Shown piece after piece: positions 48,524-57,789 of a stretch of 64,000 bases of DNA. The position numbers were made by a program, and so were the translations under genes. The number at the start of each line of letters is the position of its first letter. The first letter of the stretch is position 1. This DNA is from Thermoanaerobaculia bacterium (GTDB taxonomy: Bacteria > Acidobacteriota > Thermoanaerobaculia > Multivoradales > Multivoraceae). The notes under the pieces are model-generated. The model was not told where the DNA came from. It searched no databases and was given only the letters and a program-made list of their open reading frames with translations. Where the stretch lies: NCBI GenBank assembly GCA_965200575.1, contig OZ241363.1, positions 1,722,398 through 1,786,397 of the forward strand. The letters run 5' to 3'.

Positions 48524-48953
48524 CGTTCGTCTCCACCCCATCATGCCCGAAGCATGGACTCGCATGGACGACCGACGACGCCGGACGCTTCGCTCAAGCC
48601 GCGTTGGGCCCGCGCGCTTGTTCGCCTGCAGTCAGCTCGCCAGCTGACCCATCCAGCCGCAGCGACCCGAATCCCGGGTGGTCGCCGGACGGCCAGCGGC
48701 TCGTCTTCACCCCCAGCCGATTCGTCACGCCCGGATACACCTGATGAACCTCAACGGTTGTCGTGTCTGCGCCGAGGCCAGGCCGGCCTCGCGGCGCCTC
48801 ATCCCGGCCAAACCCGAGCCGCCAGCGGCCGTGGCGCCCGCAGGCAAGCTCTCGGCTTCCGCGACTGCTATAGTCCGCCGCTGCCGGCGACCGGCCACGG
48901 CCGAGTCGAACCTCCCCAACTCCGACGACAAGGCATCGAGCCGGAGACAGCAC

Positions 48954-49466
48954 ATGAATCGATCCACTCCCCTGGCCTGCCTGCTCGCGACGGCCATGGC
49001 TTCGGCGCCCGCGGCCGCCGACCTCTCCGTCGGCGACACGGCGCCGGACTTCACCCTGCCCGCGACCGACGGAACCCGGGTCACGCTGTCTTCCTTCGCC
49101 GGGCAGAAGCAGGTAGTGCTCGCCTTCTTCCCGAAGGCCTTCACCGGCGGCTGAACGGCTCAGATGAAGGGATACCAGGCTGGTATCTCAGAGTTCACCG
49201 ACAGCGACTCCATCATCTTCGGCATCAGCGCCGACAAGCTGGAGGACAACAAGAGGTTCGCAGAGGAGCTGGAGCTCGACTTCCTGCTTCTGAGTGACGT
49301 GGACGCCACGGTGATCAACCAGTACGGCGGCACGATGGAGCGGTACGCGGGCATCGCGAAGCGCGTCACCTACGTGGTCGACCTTGACGGCAAGGTCTCG
49401 TATGTCGGCGTGGGCGCCGACGCAATGGACCCGGCCGGCGCCCAGGCCGCCTGTCAGGGCGAGTAG
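48954..49466 (+). CDS. Bcp-type peroxiredoxin, putative selenoprotein (in-frame UGA at the peroxidatic Cys position, codon 67 = 49152-49154)
   Basis: ORFs 48954-49154 and 49164-49466 are in the same frame, separated by a single TGA. The joined sequence ...[13 protein letters not shown][U]TAQMKGY...[26 protein letters not shown] aligns with E. coli Bcp ...VLVYFYPKAMTPG[C]TVQACGL...GISTDKPEKLSRFAEKELLNFTLLSD. Signal peptide present; SECIS-like hairpin downstream. Confidence 0.7.
49155..49195 (+). promoter_or_regulatory. putative bacterial SECIS hairpin
   Basis: The stem gatacc/ggtatc (49171-76/49182-87) with GG-containing apical loop aggct begins 16 nt after the UGA. This is within the spacing expected of bacterial SECIS elements. 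Confidence 0.5.
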
Positions 49467-49696
49467 CGGCGGCCGAACCACCGCGGGATCTCGCGGACGC
49501 TCGACAATCTGGCCAACTGCCGTTGGAGAACAGCGGCAGGCGTCCATCTCGGGACACGTAGAACCCGCCGCGGCCACGGAGCGGACCTGGCGGCAGCCCA
49601 CCCAGGGGCCACCCGCAACGTCGGCTGGAGGGCAGCGTCGGCTGGAGGATCGTCTGTCCGCCGAGGCTTGCAGGCCGTTGATCCGCCAGGCGGGGC

Positions 49697-50185
49697 TCAA
49701 GGCTCGCTCGGGGCCACCTTGCCCAGGCCCGCCTGGCGCGCTTCGGCTTCGGTTCGCGGCCTGTAGAGCTCGACGCGGTTGCCGTCGCAGTCGCGCACCC
49801 AGGCGAACTCGGCGTAGCCCTCGTCGTCCCGGCGCAGCGGCTCGATTCCTCGCTCGGCAAGGCGCGCGAGCACGGCATCCATGTCGCGCACGCGGAGATT
49901 CACCATGAACGGCTGGTCGCCGTACATGTCCTCCTGCTTCGAACCATCGTTCGGCGACATTCGCGGAAGCGGACGCTTCGCCTTCATCACCGCGAAGGTG
50001 GTATCGACCACGCGGTCGGGCCCGTCCGGGTCGGCAGCCACGTAGCGGACGTGAAACGCCCCGAACTCCTCGCCGCTCTCGAACTCGACGCCCAGGTGCT
50101 CCGTGTACCAGGCGGCCAGCCGTTTCGGTTCCTCGCTGAAGACGAAGGCGCCGCCGACGCCGTCCACCAGGTTCCCGGCGCTCAC
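49697..50185 (-). CDS. VOC-family (glyoxalase/bleomycin-resistance fold) protein
   Basis: 162 aa with two beta-alpha-beta-beta-beta modules (WYTEHLGVEF...WVRDCDGNRVELY). Confidence 0.7.
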   Translation of the reverse strand: MSAGNLVDGVGGAFVFSEEPKRLAAWYTEHLGVEFESGEEFGAFHVRYVAADPDGPDRVVDTTFAVMKAKRPLPRMSPNDGSKQEDMYGDQPFMVNLRVRDMDAVLARLAERGIEPLRRDDEGYAEFAWVRDCDGNRVELYRPRTEAEARQAGLGKVAPSEP

Positions 50186-51846
50186 GAAGTCTCGCCCGGA
50201 GGCGACGAAGCCATCGTGAAGGTGACCCGCAGGTGCGAGCTGACCGTCTGGCGGCTCACGGGATCATGCACCGACACCACGAGGTCGTGCGGTCTTCGTC
50301 GCAGGGTCAGCGCGGTCTCGTACCGCACCACCTGGCCCGGCGCCGGCTCGGTGCTGCCTGAAAAATCGAGCGGAATCACCGGAATGGAGGCCTGCTGGCC
50401 GTTCCGGTCGACGACCGCGAAGCGGAGCTCCAGGCGGGCCAGGAACTGGTCCTCGAACGGGAACACGGGAAAGTGCCCGACCGGCACGTGCACGACGACC
50501 GGAACTCGCATCTTCCGAATCCCTGCCTTCTCGGGCACGCCCAGTTCCACGCGCAGCACCGGCGTCTGACGCCCGTCGTCAGACCGTCCCAGTTCCGGGA
50601 ACAGGAGCCGACCCTGCGTCTCGAAGTTCGCTTCCGCCCGACGCGACAGGTCCACGTAGCCCGAACGGGACCGGACCTTCATGCCGGGCCGCCACACCTC
50701 GACCCGCACGTCATGGGCGGAATCGTCTCGGCGGTAGTCCGGCACGAAACCGAGCCAGTAGTAGTTCGAAACGTCGTCCGCGACCCGACCGAGTGCACCG
50801 ATGTTCAGTCCAGCCACCAGGGCGCGTCCACCGGTTCTCGCCGCGATCTGCCTCATGTTCTGCCAGCGAAGCAGGCTCGGCCCCTTCTGCTCGTCCACCG
50901 GGTACACGGTGTAGCCCAGCACGTTGGCGGTAGCGACCAGTCCGTCGAGCATCTGCCAGTCGGTGCGCAGGCCGATCCCCTGCCCGGCGAGCCGGAAAGC
51001 GCCGACCGGCCAGTCCCCGGCCAGCAGCAGCAGAACCTTCCGCCCCTGCGGCGCCTGGAGCGCCCGCATCGTCGAACTCACAGCGGTGACGGAAAACTCG
51101 AGATCCCGCGCCAGGCTCTGGGCGCGCGCCTCGGTCAGCGCCCCCGGCAGCTCCATGTTCGGAAGCGCCAGGTCGGCGGCCACCGAGGTGAGGTCCTCGC
51201 CGAACCGCAGCGCAGGCGCGGAACCCCTGTCGTCGGCCTTGTGCCGCTGGTCGAGCAACCGCGGCGATCGGAGCCAGCCCCCGAAGTCCCTGCCCCGTTC
51301 CAGATCCTCCAGCGCCGTCCGCACCTGCTCGCGGTCGGTGGTGAACGGGCTGAGCACCTGGAGCCGACGGCGACTCTGGACCACCACCGCCACTTCGTCC
51401 CGGATGCCCAGGTCGGCGAGCTGCCGTACGAGGCCGCGCAGCACCGGCCGCCTGAAGGTCACGTGGGTGTGATCGTCGTCCACGAACAGCAGGTAGTGCG
51501 TGGGCACCGAGTCGCCGTCGCCGATCGCCGGAGGGGCGCCGCCCTCGGGCGCCTCGACCGCCCGGTTCTCCAGGATCTCCGTGAAGTAGTCCACCTCCAC
51601 CTCGGCCCCGTCCACGATCAGGCGAAAGTCCTCGGTGCGCAGTCCCTGCACCCGCTCGCCCGACCGGTCCTCGACCACGACCTCCAGGTTGACCACCCGG
51701 ACATCGATCTCCTCACCGAAGAACAGATCCGGAGGCAGCTCGCCGGACTCCTGCGCGCCCAGCCATCCAGCCCCGCAGAGCCCGAGCAGGACCGTGACAA
51801 CCGGCAGCAACGCCCCTCGCACGCTCGTCCTGACGAAACCGGTCAC
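50182..51846 (-). CDS. VWA domain-containing protein, acidobacterial-type VWFA-related (TIGR03436-like)
   Basis: 554 aa, signal peptide, YLLFVDDDHTH vWA-like core. ATGA overlap with the downstream VOC gene. Confidence 0.65.
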   Translation of the reverse strand: MTGFVRTSVRGALLPVVTVLLGLCGAGWLGAQESGELPPDLFFGEEIDVRVVNLEVVVEDRSGERVQGLRTEDFRLIVDGAEVEVDYFTEILENRAVEAPEGGAPPAIGDGDSVPTHYLLFVDDDHTHVTFRRPVLRGLVRQLADLGIRDEVAVVVQSRRRLQVLSPFTTDREQVRTALEDLERGRDFGGWLRSPRLLDQRHKADDRGSAPALRFGEDLTSVAADLALPNMELPGALTEARAQSLARDLEFSVTAVSSTMRALQAPQGRKVLLLLAGDWPVGAFRLAGQGIGLRTDWQMLDGLVATANVLGYTVYPVDEQKGPSLLRWQNMRQIAARTGGRALVAGLNIGALGRVADDVSNYYWLGFVPDYRRDDSAHDVRVEVWRPGMKVRSRSGYVDLSRRAEANFETQGRLLFPELGRSDDGRQTPVLRVELGVPEKAGIRKMRVPVVVHVPVGHFPVFPFEDQFLARLELRFAVVDRNGQQASIPVIPLDFSGSTEPAPGQVVRYETALTLRRRPHDLVVSVHDPVSRQTVSSHLRVTFTMASSPPGETS

Positions 51847-51908
51847 GGGCTCATGCTATCCCCCACCGGGCCCATCCGACCCGGCGGCTGCCTGCTAGCT
51901 TCCGCGCC

Positions 51909-53387
51909 ATGAGCGACTCAACGACAGCCGCACCGCCGCCCGATGCCGACATCGGCTGGTGGTCGGCCGCCGAGGCGGCGGCGGCGATTCGCGCCCGCCG
52001 CATCTCCTCGCGCGACCATCTCGAGCACCTGCTCGACCGGACCGGCAGGCTGAACCCGCCGCTGAACGCGGTCGTCACGGTGGACGCCGAGCGCGCCCGC
52101 GCCGAAGCCGACGCCGCCGACCGCGCCCTGGCCGAAGGCCGTCCCGTCGGCCCGCTGCACGGCGTCGCCATGACCATCAAGGACTCATTCCAGACCCGCG
52201 GCATGCGCACGACGTCCGGCGCGCCCGAGCTGGCAGACCACGTGCCCGATGTCGACGCTGTTCCCGTCGCCAGGCTGCGCGCGGCGGGCGCGGTCATCTT
52301 CGGCAAGACGAACCTGCCCATCTACGCCGGCGACACGCAGAGCTACAACGACGTGTTCGGCCAGACGAACAACCCCTGGAACCTGGAACGCACCTGCGGC
52401 GGTTCCTCGGGTGGCAGCGCCGCGGCGCTCGCTGCCGGCCTCACGCCGCTCGAACTCGGCAGCGACATTGCCGGCTCGATTCGCGGCCCGGCCTCGACCT
52501 GCGGCGTCTTCGGTCACAAGCCGAGCTACGGCATCGTCCCGGCGCTGGGGCAGATCCCCGGTCCTCCCGGCACCCTGACCCAGGCCGATCTCGCGGTCGC
52601 CGGCCCGATGGCGCGCTGCGTCGAGGACCTGGAGCTGGCGCTTGACGTTCTCGCCGGTCCCGACGACTGGCACGCGCCCGGCTATCGCCTCGAACTGCCG
52701 CCGCCGCGCCATGACCGTCTGGCCGACTACCGCGTCGCCGTGTGGTTCGACGAGCCCTCCTGCCCCGTCGACGACCGCGTCCGGGAGCGACTGGAAGCTG
52801 CCGCCGACGCGCTCGAGGCCGCCGGCGCCGCCGTGGACCGCGAGGCCCGGCCCGACTTCACGTTCGAGTACGCCACCCGCGTCTTCGGCCAGCTCCTGGG
52901 CGCGGCCATGTGCGGCGGCTTCAGCCACCACGAAGTCGAGGAGTTCGCCGCACGCGGCATGCGCGAAGACGAGGAGGGCGCCCTGGCCGCACGCTGGGCC
53001 AGCCAGCGCCATCGGGCCTGGCTGTCGGCGAACGAGCGCCGTCTGCAGATGCGCCGCAAGTGGCACGAGTTCCTGGGCGCCCACGACGCCGTGCTCCTCC
53101 CCTGCCTGCCGACCACGGCGATCCCCCACGACCAGAGCCAGCCGGTGGGCGCTCGACGAATCACCGTCAACGGCGAGCAGCGCGCCTACGGCGAGCAGAC
53201 GCTCTGGGTCGGCCTGACCGGCGTCGCCTACCTGCCGGCCACGGTCATTCCGGCCGGCGCCGCATCCGACGGCCTGCCCGTCGGCCTGCAGATCGCCGGG
53301 CCGTTTCTCGCGGACCGCACCACCCTGGACCTGGCCCGCCGCCTGAACGAACGCCTCGACGGCTTCGCCAGACCGCCCGGCTTCTGA
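51909..53387 (+). CDS. amidase (amidase-signature family)
   Basis: GGSSGGSAAALAAG...GSDIAGSIRGPA amidase signature; 492 aa. Confidence 0.9.
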   Translation: MSDSTTAAPPPDADIGWWSAAEAAAAIRARRISSRDHLEHLLDRTGRLNPPLNAVVTVDAERARAEADAADRALAEGRPVGPLHGVAMTIKDSFQTRGMRTTSGAPELADHVPDVDAVPVARLRAAGAVIFGKTNLPIYAGDTQSYNDVFGQTNNPWNLERTCGGSSGGSAAALAAGLTPLELGSDIAGSIRGPASTCGVFGHKPSYGIVPALGQIPGPPGTLTQADLAVAGPMARCVEDLELALDVLAGPDDWHAPGYRLELPPPRHDRLADYRVAVWFDEPSCPVDDRVRERLEAAADALEAAGAAVDREARPDFTFEYATRVFGQLLGAAMCGGFSHHEVEEFAARGMREDEEGALAARWASQRHRAWLSANERRLQMRRKWHEFLGAHDAVLLPCLPTTAIPHDQSQPVGARRITVNGEQRAYGEQTLWVGLTGVAYLPATVIPAGAASDGLPVGLQIAGPFLADRTTLDLARRLNERLDGFARPPGF

Positions 53388-53451
53388 TCGGCAGGCCAGT
53401 CCTGACCTCATCCGAAGTCGATGCAAGCGTCCGGGATCGGAACCCACGACC

Positions 53452-53652
53452 ATGACTCAGATCACCGCCAGACTTCCGGACGAACTTGTCGCGAAGCCCG
53501 ACCGCGCTGCGAATCAGCTGCAGCGGCGCAGAGCGCAGTTGCTGCGCCCGGGGCTCGAGTACTACCTCGACGACTTCCAGGACCTCGCCTCGCGCTCGAC
53601 CTGCCGAGCGACCCGGCGACCCGGTACTGGACTGGGAAGACGTGAAGGGTGA
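53452..53652 (+). CDS. ribbon-helix-helix antitoxin (ParD/CopG-like)
   Basis: MTQITARLPDELVAK...RRRAQLLRPGLEYYLDD, an RHH antitoxin pattern. Its stop lies 11 nt inside the toxin ORF. Confidence 0.6.
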   Translation: MTQITARLPDELVAKPDRAANQLQRRRAQLLRPGLEYYLDDFQDLASRSTCRATRRPGTGLGRREG

Positions 53653-53902
53653 ACTGCTCCGTCAGGATCAAGAGTACTGCGGCAAGGCCCTGAACAGGGT
53701 CAACCCGGCCGAACGAGCACGACTTGTCGCCGCAATCAGCCGGCTCCCGGGCGAACCCACGGCCGGCGGCGCGCTGAAGGGCGAGTTCGGAGGGCCGCGG
53801 CCTCTTCGGGTGTGCCGTTACCGCATCATCCACGAAGCGTCCCAGCGAGAGCTGACTGTTCTGGTCGTGCGGGCCGGGATTCGTCGAGATGTCTGCCGAT
53901 GA
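53642..53902 (+). CDS. RelE/ParE-family type II toxin
   Basis: ...LPGEPTAGGALKGEFGGPRPLRVCRYRIIHEASQRELTVLVVRAGIRRDVCR matches the ParE C-terminus (LKGE...LRVGDYRIIYEID..LVVLRVGHRKDVY). The GTG start is inferred. Confidence 0.6.
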   Translation: MKGELLRQDQEYCGKALNRVNPAERARLVAAISRLPGEPTAGGALKGEFGGPRPLRVCRYRIIHEASQRELTVLVVRAGIRRDVCR

Positions 53903-53989
53903 CGTTCCAGCAAAGGCGCCAGGGCCGTGAGGACGCCTGAAGCGATCCAGCGAAGCGGGACCACCCGAGCCTGCTAGCCTCCGGCGCCG

Positions 53990-55546
53990 ATGAACGGCGC
54001 ACAGTCACTGCTTCGTACCGCGGCCTCGGCCGGCGTGGAGATCTGCTTCGCCAACCCGGGCACGTCCGAGATGCACCTGGTGGCGGCGCTGGACGAGATC
54101 CCCGGTGTCCGCAGCGTCCTCGCCCAGTTCGAGGGCGTGGCGACCGGCGCCGCGGACGGCTACGCCCGGATGGCCGGCAAGCCCGCGCTGACCCTCGTCC
54201 ACCTCGGCCCCGGCTTCGCGAACGGGATCGCCAACCTGCACAACGCCCGTCGGGCGCGTTCGCCGGTGATCAACGTGATCGGGCACCACCCGACCTGGCA
54301 CCGCAACTACGATCCGCCGCTCAACAGCGACGTGGAGAGCCTGGCGCGAGGCGTGTCCGACTGGCAGCGCACCGCCGGCTCGGCGCAGCACCTGTCGCGG
54401 GACATGGCCGAAGCCATCTCGGCTGCGCGCCGCCACCCCGGCCAGATCGCGACGCTCGTCGTGCCCACCGACTGCCAGTGGGACGAGGCCTTCGGCCCGA
54501 TCGTCGCCCCGCCTCCGGTGCCCGGCGCGCGGGTCGACGACGACGCCGTCGAGCGAGCACGCGAAGCAGTGCTGCGCGGCAAGCGCACGATGCTGCTGCT
54601 CGGCGGTTCCGCGCTCCAGGAAACGGGCCAGCGATCAGCCGCCGCCACAAGCGCCGCGACCGGTTGCCGGTTGAACGCCGAGACCTTCCCGACCCGCATG
54701 GAGCGCGGACCCCACCTGCCGCCCCTCGTCCGCGTGCCCTACTTCCCCGAACAGGCCGCCGAGTTCTTCGCCGGCCTCGACACGGTCGTCCTCGCCGGGG
54801 CGCTCGACCCGGTCGCCTTCTTCGGCTACCAGGGCGGACCGAGCCGGCTGGTTCCGGACGATGTGGATGTCGTCGTCCTGAGCCACCCGACGGAGCACGC
54901 CAGTGCCGCCCTCGGAGACCTGGCCTCCGCACTCGGCGCGACCGAGGCGCCGCCGGCGCGGAACGTCCAACGGCCGCCGGCGCCGGACGGACCCATCGGC
55001 GCCCGTGTGGCCGCCCAGGCGGTCGCCGCGACCCTGCCGGAGCATGCGATCGTCGTGGACGAGGGCATCACGGTCGGCGGCGGCTGCTATCCCGCGACGG
55101 CCGGCGCCCCCGCGCACAGCTGGCTGCTGCAGAACGGCGGCGCAATCGGCATGGGCCTGCCTGCCGCCCTTGGCGCCGCCATCGCCTGCCCGGACCGCAA
55201 GGTCCTGAACCTCGAGGGAGACGGCAGCGGCCTGTACACCATCCAGGCGCTGTGGAGCCAGGTGCGCGAAAGCGCCGACGTGGTGAACCTCGTCTTCGCC
55301 AACGACGCCTACCGCATTCTCCAGGTCGAGCTGCGCAGGGCCGGCGTCGAGGAGTTCGGCCCTCAGGCGATCAACCTGACCGACCTCACGGGCCCCCGCG
55401 TGGAGTGGCTCGACCTCGCCCGAGGCTTCGGCATGCCGGCAGTCCAGGTGCAGACCGGCGAGGAGCTCACCGCCGCGCTGGCCCGAGGCTTCGCCGAGCC
55501 CGGCCCGTACCTGATCGAGGCGCTGGTGCAGGACGCGCCCGGCTAG
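53990..55546 (+). CDS. thiamine-pyrophosphate-dependent enzyme, acetolactate synthase large-subunit-like
   Basis: N-terminal TPP-Pyr domain (AGVEICFANPGTSEMHLVAAL), C-terminal TPP-binding GDG...N motif (NLEGDGSGLYTIQALWS). Confidence 0.8.
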   Translation: MNGAQSLLRTAASAGVEICFANPGTSEMHLVAALDEIPGVRSVLAQFEGVATGAADGYARMAGKPALTLVHLGPGFANGIANLHNARRARSPVINVIGHHPTWHRNYDPPLNSDVESLARGVSDWQRTAGSAQHLSRDMAEAISAARRHPGQIATLVVPTDCQWDEAFGPIVAPPPVPGARVDDDAVERAREAVLRGKRTMLLLGGSALQETGQRSAAATSAATGCRLNAETFPTRMERGPHLPPLVRVPYFPEQAAEFFAGLDTVVLAGALDPVAFFGYQGGPSRLVPDDVDVVVLSHPTEHASAALGDLASALGATEAPPARNVQRPPAPDGPIGARVAAQAVAATLPEHAIVVDEGITVGGGCYPATAGAPAHSWLLQNGGAIGMGLPAALGAAIACPDRKVLNLEGDGSGLYTIQALWSQVRESADVVNLVFANDAYRILQVELRRAGVEEFGPQAINLTDLTGPRVEWLDLARGFGMPAVQVQTGEELTAALARGFAEPGPYLIEALVQDAPG

Positions 55547-55688
55547 CGCTGCCGGCGGCTCGCCGATTCATGTTCGCAAGGCGCAACCGGCCTCGGCTGC
55601 GGCCCGGCAACCTTGCCAGTGCCGCCGGCGAGCCCTTCACAGCCCGCTGCCTGCCGGAACCCGGCGCCAACCCGAGAAACGGATCGCC

Positions 55689-56726
55689 TTGAAGTACTCC
55701 GTCACGCTGCTGCCCGGCGACGGCATCGGCCCCGAGGTCGCCAAGGCGATGGTCCGTGCCGTCGACTTCGTCACCGGCGGCCGTATCGAGTGGGAGCCCG
55801 TGGTGGCGGGCAGCACCGCCGTGGATCAGGGGCTCTCGCCGCTGCCCGACGAGGCCATCGACTCCATCAGGCGCAACAGGATCGCGATCAAGGGGCCGCT
55901 GCAGACCCCGGTGGGAGGCGGCTGGCGCAGCGTGAACGTCCTGCTCCGCCAGTCCCTGGAGCTGTTCGCGTGCGTCCGGCCGGTCCGCTCCATGCCCGGC
56001 GCCACCCTTGCCCGCTACCAGGACGTCGACCAGATCATCATCCGAGAGAACACCGAGGGCCTGTACAGCGGCCGCGAGCACGAGGTGGTCGACGGCGTGG
56101 TCGAGGCGCTCCGCATCGTCACCCGCGATGCATCCCGGCGCATCATGCAGTTCGCGTTCGAGTACGCCCGCAGCCACGGACGCAAGAAGCTGACCATCGT
56201 CCACAAGGCGTCCATCACGCCCCTGTCGGACAACCTGTTCCTGGACTGCGCCCGCGAGTGCGCGCAGAGCTACCCGTTCTTCGAGGTGGACTACCTGCCG
56301 CTCGACAACCTGGCCCTGGAACTGGCCACGGACCCATCCCGCTTCGACATGCTGGTCATGGGCAACCTGGACGGCGACCTGATCAGCGACCTCTGCGCCG
56401 GTCTGGTCGGCGGCCTGGGCGTCGTTCCGGGGGCCAACTACGGCCACGGATGCGCCGTCTTCGAGGCCGTTCACGGCACCGCGCCCGACATCGCCGGCCG
56501 CGACCTGGCCAACCCGCTCGCCCTCATCCTGTCGGCCGAGCTGATGCTCCGCTACGTTGGCGAAGCGGCAGCTGCCGACCACCTGCGAGCCGGCGTCGAG
56601 CGGCTGCTGGTGAACGGCACAAGCCTCACCCGCGACCTCGGCGGCAGCGCCAACACGTCCGAACTCACCGACGCCCTGCTGGTCGAGCTCGATGTGGTCG
56701 CCGACGAGCGGGAGAGCGCCCGGTGA
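55689..56726 (+). CDS. isocitrate/isopropylmalate dehydrogenase family protein (paralog 1)
   Basis: LLPGDGIGPEV...IRENTEGLYSG...NLDGDLISDLCAGLVGGLG. TTG start. Confidence 0.85.
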   Translation: MKYSVTLLPGDGIGPEVAKAMVRAVDFVTGGRIEWEPVVAGSTAVDQGLSPLPDEAIDSIRRNRIAIKGPLQTPVGGGWRSVNVLLRQSLELFACVRPVRSMPGATLARYQDVDQIIIRENTEGLYSGREHEVVDGVVEALRIVTRDASRRIMQFAFEYARSHGRKKLTIVHKASITPLSDNLFLDCARECAQSYPFFEVDYLPLDNLALELATDPSRFDMLVMGNLDGDLISDLCAGLVGGLGVVPGANYGHGCAVFEAVHGTAPDIAGRDLANPLALILSAELMLRYVGEAAAADHLRAGVERLLVNGTSLTRDLGGSANTSELTDALLVELDVVADERESAR

Positions 56727-57778
56727 CGCGCCCGCGGCCGAGGGTCGCCCTGATCGTCGGCGCGATCGGCGTCGGCGCCGAGACCGCACCTCCGGTCCTC
56801 CAGATCCTCGAATCGGCGGGCGCCGACCTCGACTTCGTCCGCGTGGACGTGCCGACTGCCGTGCGGCGCGACACACAAGCCGTGCTCCGCGAGGCCGTGG
56901 ACCTGGTCACGGACTGCAAGGTGGCGCTGAAGACGCGCCTGATCGGGCCCGACCGCGACGCCGTGCGAGTCGGGCCCGGGCCGCGCAACCCGAACGTGGC
57001 GCTCCGCCAGATGCTCGGCCTCTGGGCCAGCGTGCGGCCCGTGCGCACCCTGCCGGGTTTGCGCACCCGCTACGAAGACCTCGACGTGCTCCTCATCCGG
57101 GAGATCACGGAGAGCGTGTACCGGGGCATCGAGCACGAGATCGTCGACGGCGTGGTGGAGAGCATGAAGGTGGTCAGCCGGGCGGCCTGCCTCCGCATCG
57201 CCGACTACGCCTTCCGCACGGCCAGACGTCACGGACGGAAGAAGGTCACTGCCATCCACAAGGCGAACATCATGAAACAGACCGACGGCCTGTTTCTCGA
57301 CACCTTCCGCGCCGTCGCCGCCGAGCATCGCGACATCGAAGCCGACGACTGCATCGTGGACGCCGCCTGCATGCGCCTGGTGCTGAATCCCTGGGGCTTC
57401 GACGTGATGCTGATGGACAACCTCTACGGCGACATTCTCAGCAACCTCGGCGCCGGCCTCGCCGGCGGCATCTCGACCGGCCACGCGATCAATGTCGGCG
57501 ACGACTGCCACGTGTTCGAGGCGGTCCACGGCGACGCCCCGCACCTGATCGGCACCGGCCAGGCGAACCTGCTGCCGCTCCTGACCCCGGCCCTCGCCCT
57601 GCTCCGCCACTTCGACCTGTACGACGAGGCGGACCGCATAGACCAGGCCGTCACCGCAGTGCTCGAAGAGCGCCTGGCCCTGACCCCCGACCTCGGAGGC
57701 AACGCCTCCACGTGGCAGATGGCCCGAGCAATCATCGCCGCCATCGAGCAACCGGGCCTGTCGCGACCGAGGACCTGA
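56723..57778 (+). CDS. isocitrate/isopropylmalate dehydrogenase family protein (paralog 2), translationally coupled
   Basis: GTG start overlapping the upstream stop (GTGA). IREITESVYRG...NLYGDILSNLGAGLAGGIS. Confidence 0.8.
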   Translation: MTRPRPRVALIVGAIGVGAETAPPVLQILESAGADLDFVRVDVPTAVRRDTQAVLREAVDLVTDCKVALKTRLIGPDRDAVRVGPGPRNPNVALRQMLGLWASVRPVRTLPGLRTRYEDLDVLLIREITESVYRGIEHEIVDGVVESMKVVSRAACLRIADYAFRTARRHGRKKVTAIHKANIMKQTDGLFLDTFRAVAAEHRDIEADDCIVDAACMRLVLNPWGFDVMLMDNLYGDILSNLGAGLAGGISTGHAINVGDDCHVFEAVHGDAPHLIGTGQANLLPLLTPALALLRHFDLYDEADRIDQAVTAVLEERLALTPDLGGNASTWQMARAIIAAIEQPGLSRPRT

Positions 57779-57789
57779 CCGGCGGCTAC

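Noticed and set aside
49164-49466. Alternative reading of the peroxiredoxin as a truncated gene starting at the internal ATG (49164), with a separate upstream 66-aa ORF
   Set aside because: Homology to Bcp runs continuously across the TGA, and the TGA sits exactly on the catalytic Cys with a downstream hairpin. Sec recoding is the more economical explanation. It remains unproven without the Sec machinery in view.
49620-49648. Tandem gtcggctggagg repeat in the region between the peroxiredoxin and VOC genes
   Set aside because: It is short (2 x 12 bp), with no associated structure or gene, and is likely incidental.
53486-53902. Toxin gene starting at the ORF-track ATG (53486), i.e. a 138-aa protein
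   Set aside because: The first ~50 codons of that ORF overlap the antitoxin in another frame and look non-protein-like. The ParE-like homology begins near the GTG at 53642, giving a canonical ~86-aa toxin.
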